The position numbers and the translations under genes are program-made. This document shows, piece after piece, positions 63,863 through 64,000 of a stretch of 64,000 bases of DNA. Position 1 is the first letter of the stretch. The number at the start of each line of letters is the position of its first letter. Location of the stretch: the NCBI GenBank assembly GCA_964187785.1, contig OZ076411.1, positions 73,098,001 through 73,162,000 on the forward strand, given 5' to 3'. Source of the DNA: Amphiscolops sp. MND2022 (Eukaryota). The notes beneath the pieces were generated by a model. That model saw only the letters and a list, made by a program, of their open reading frames with translations. It ran no database searches and had not been told where the DNA came from.

Positions 63863-63892
63863 GGGCGTCAGAAGAGGGATTACAGCGCATTT

Positions 63893-64000
63893 GCTACGAG
63901 GAACTTAAGAAAGTACCGTAGTAGCGGAATGGTCGATAGCTACGAGGAACTTAAGGAAGTACCCTAGTAGCGGAATGGTCGATAGCTACGAGGAACTTAA
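63893..64000. repeat. 46-bp tandem repeat running off the window edge
   Basis: gctacgaggaacttaag.aagtacc.tagtagcggaatggtcgata starts at 63893, 63939 and 63985. Confidence 0.9.

Larger units (their letters stand above)
60129..63892 (-). mobile_element. Decayed Ty3/Gypsy retrotransposon (5' LTR not in window)
   Basis: Gag starting ~63862 (MKFKPPDL...KWKWWKKCF) with CCHC knuckles; protease AMTDTGS; RT YLDD; RNase H LQTDAS; integrase PWERLSIDIVGP, HSD.GTQF; PPT gggaaggag next to a candidate LTR. Confidence 0.9.

Overview
AT-rich, repeat-dense animal genomic DNA (not prokaryotic; species cannot be determined from sequence alone). The only host gene I can support is a basonuclin/disco-family zinc-finger gene on the minus strand: three phase-compatible exons at 10535-10667, 3250-3473 and 410-594. 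Its start-codon exon was not found and its 3' part runs off the left edge. The dominant feature is a 24-kb head-to-tail array of a BEL/Pao LTR retrotransposon (26477-50535, minus strand) with four ~370-bp LTRs and four gag-pol copies (the middle two fused by a 4.3-kb internal duplication), bounded by a single 5-bp TSD (CCGGT). Each complete unit carries an unusual extra ORF of 200-240 aa between the 5' LTR/PBS and gag, with SGNH-hydrolase-like motif spacing and a basic tail. The array sits inside a 32-bp minisatellite, itself inside a candidate TIR-bounded element. Also present: two decayed Ty3/Gypsy elements, two decayed LINEs, two families of non-autonomous Helentron-like (DINE-1/HINE-type) elements (one carrying an ordered 172-bp satellite), MITEs, tRNA-derived SINE-like repeats, a dispersed repeat with GCGAAGC mini-hairpins, and two adjacent long palindromes. 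All calls were made by eye; family assignments need HMM/BLAST confirmation.
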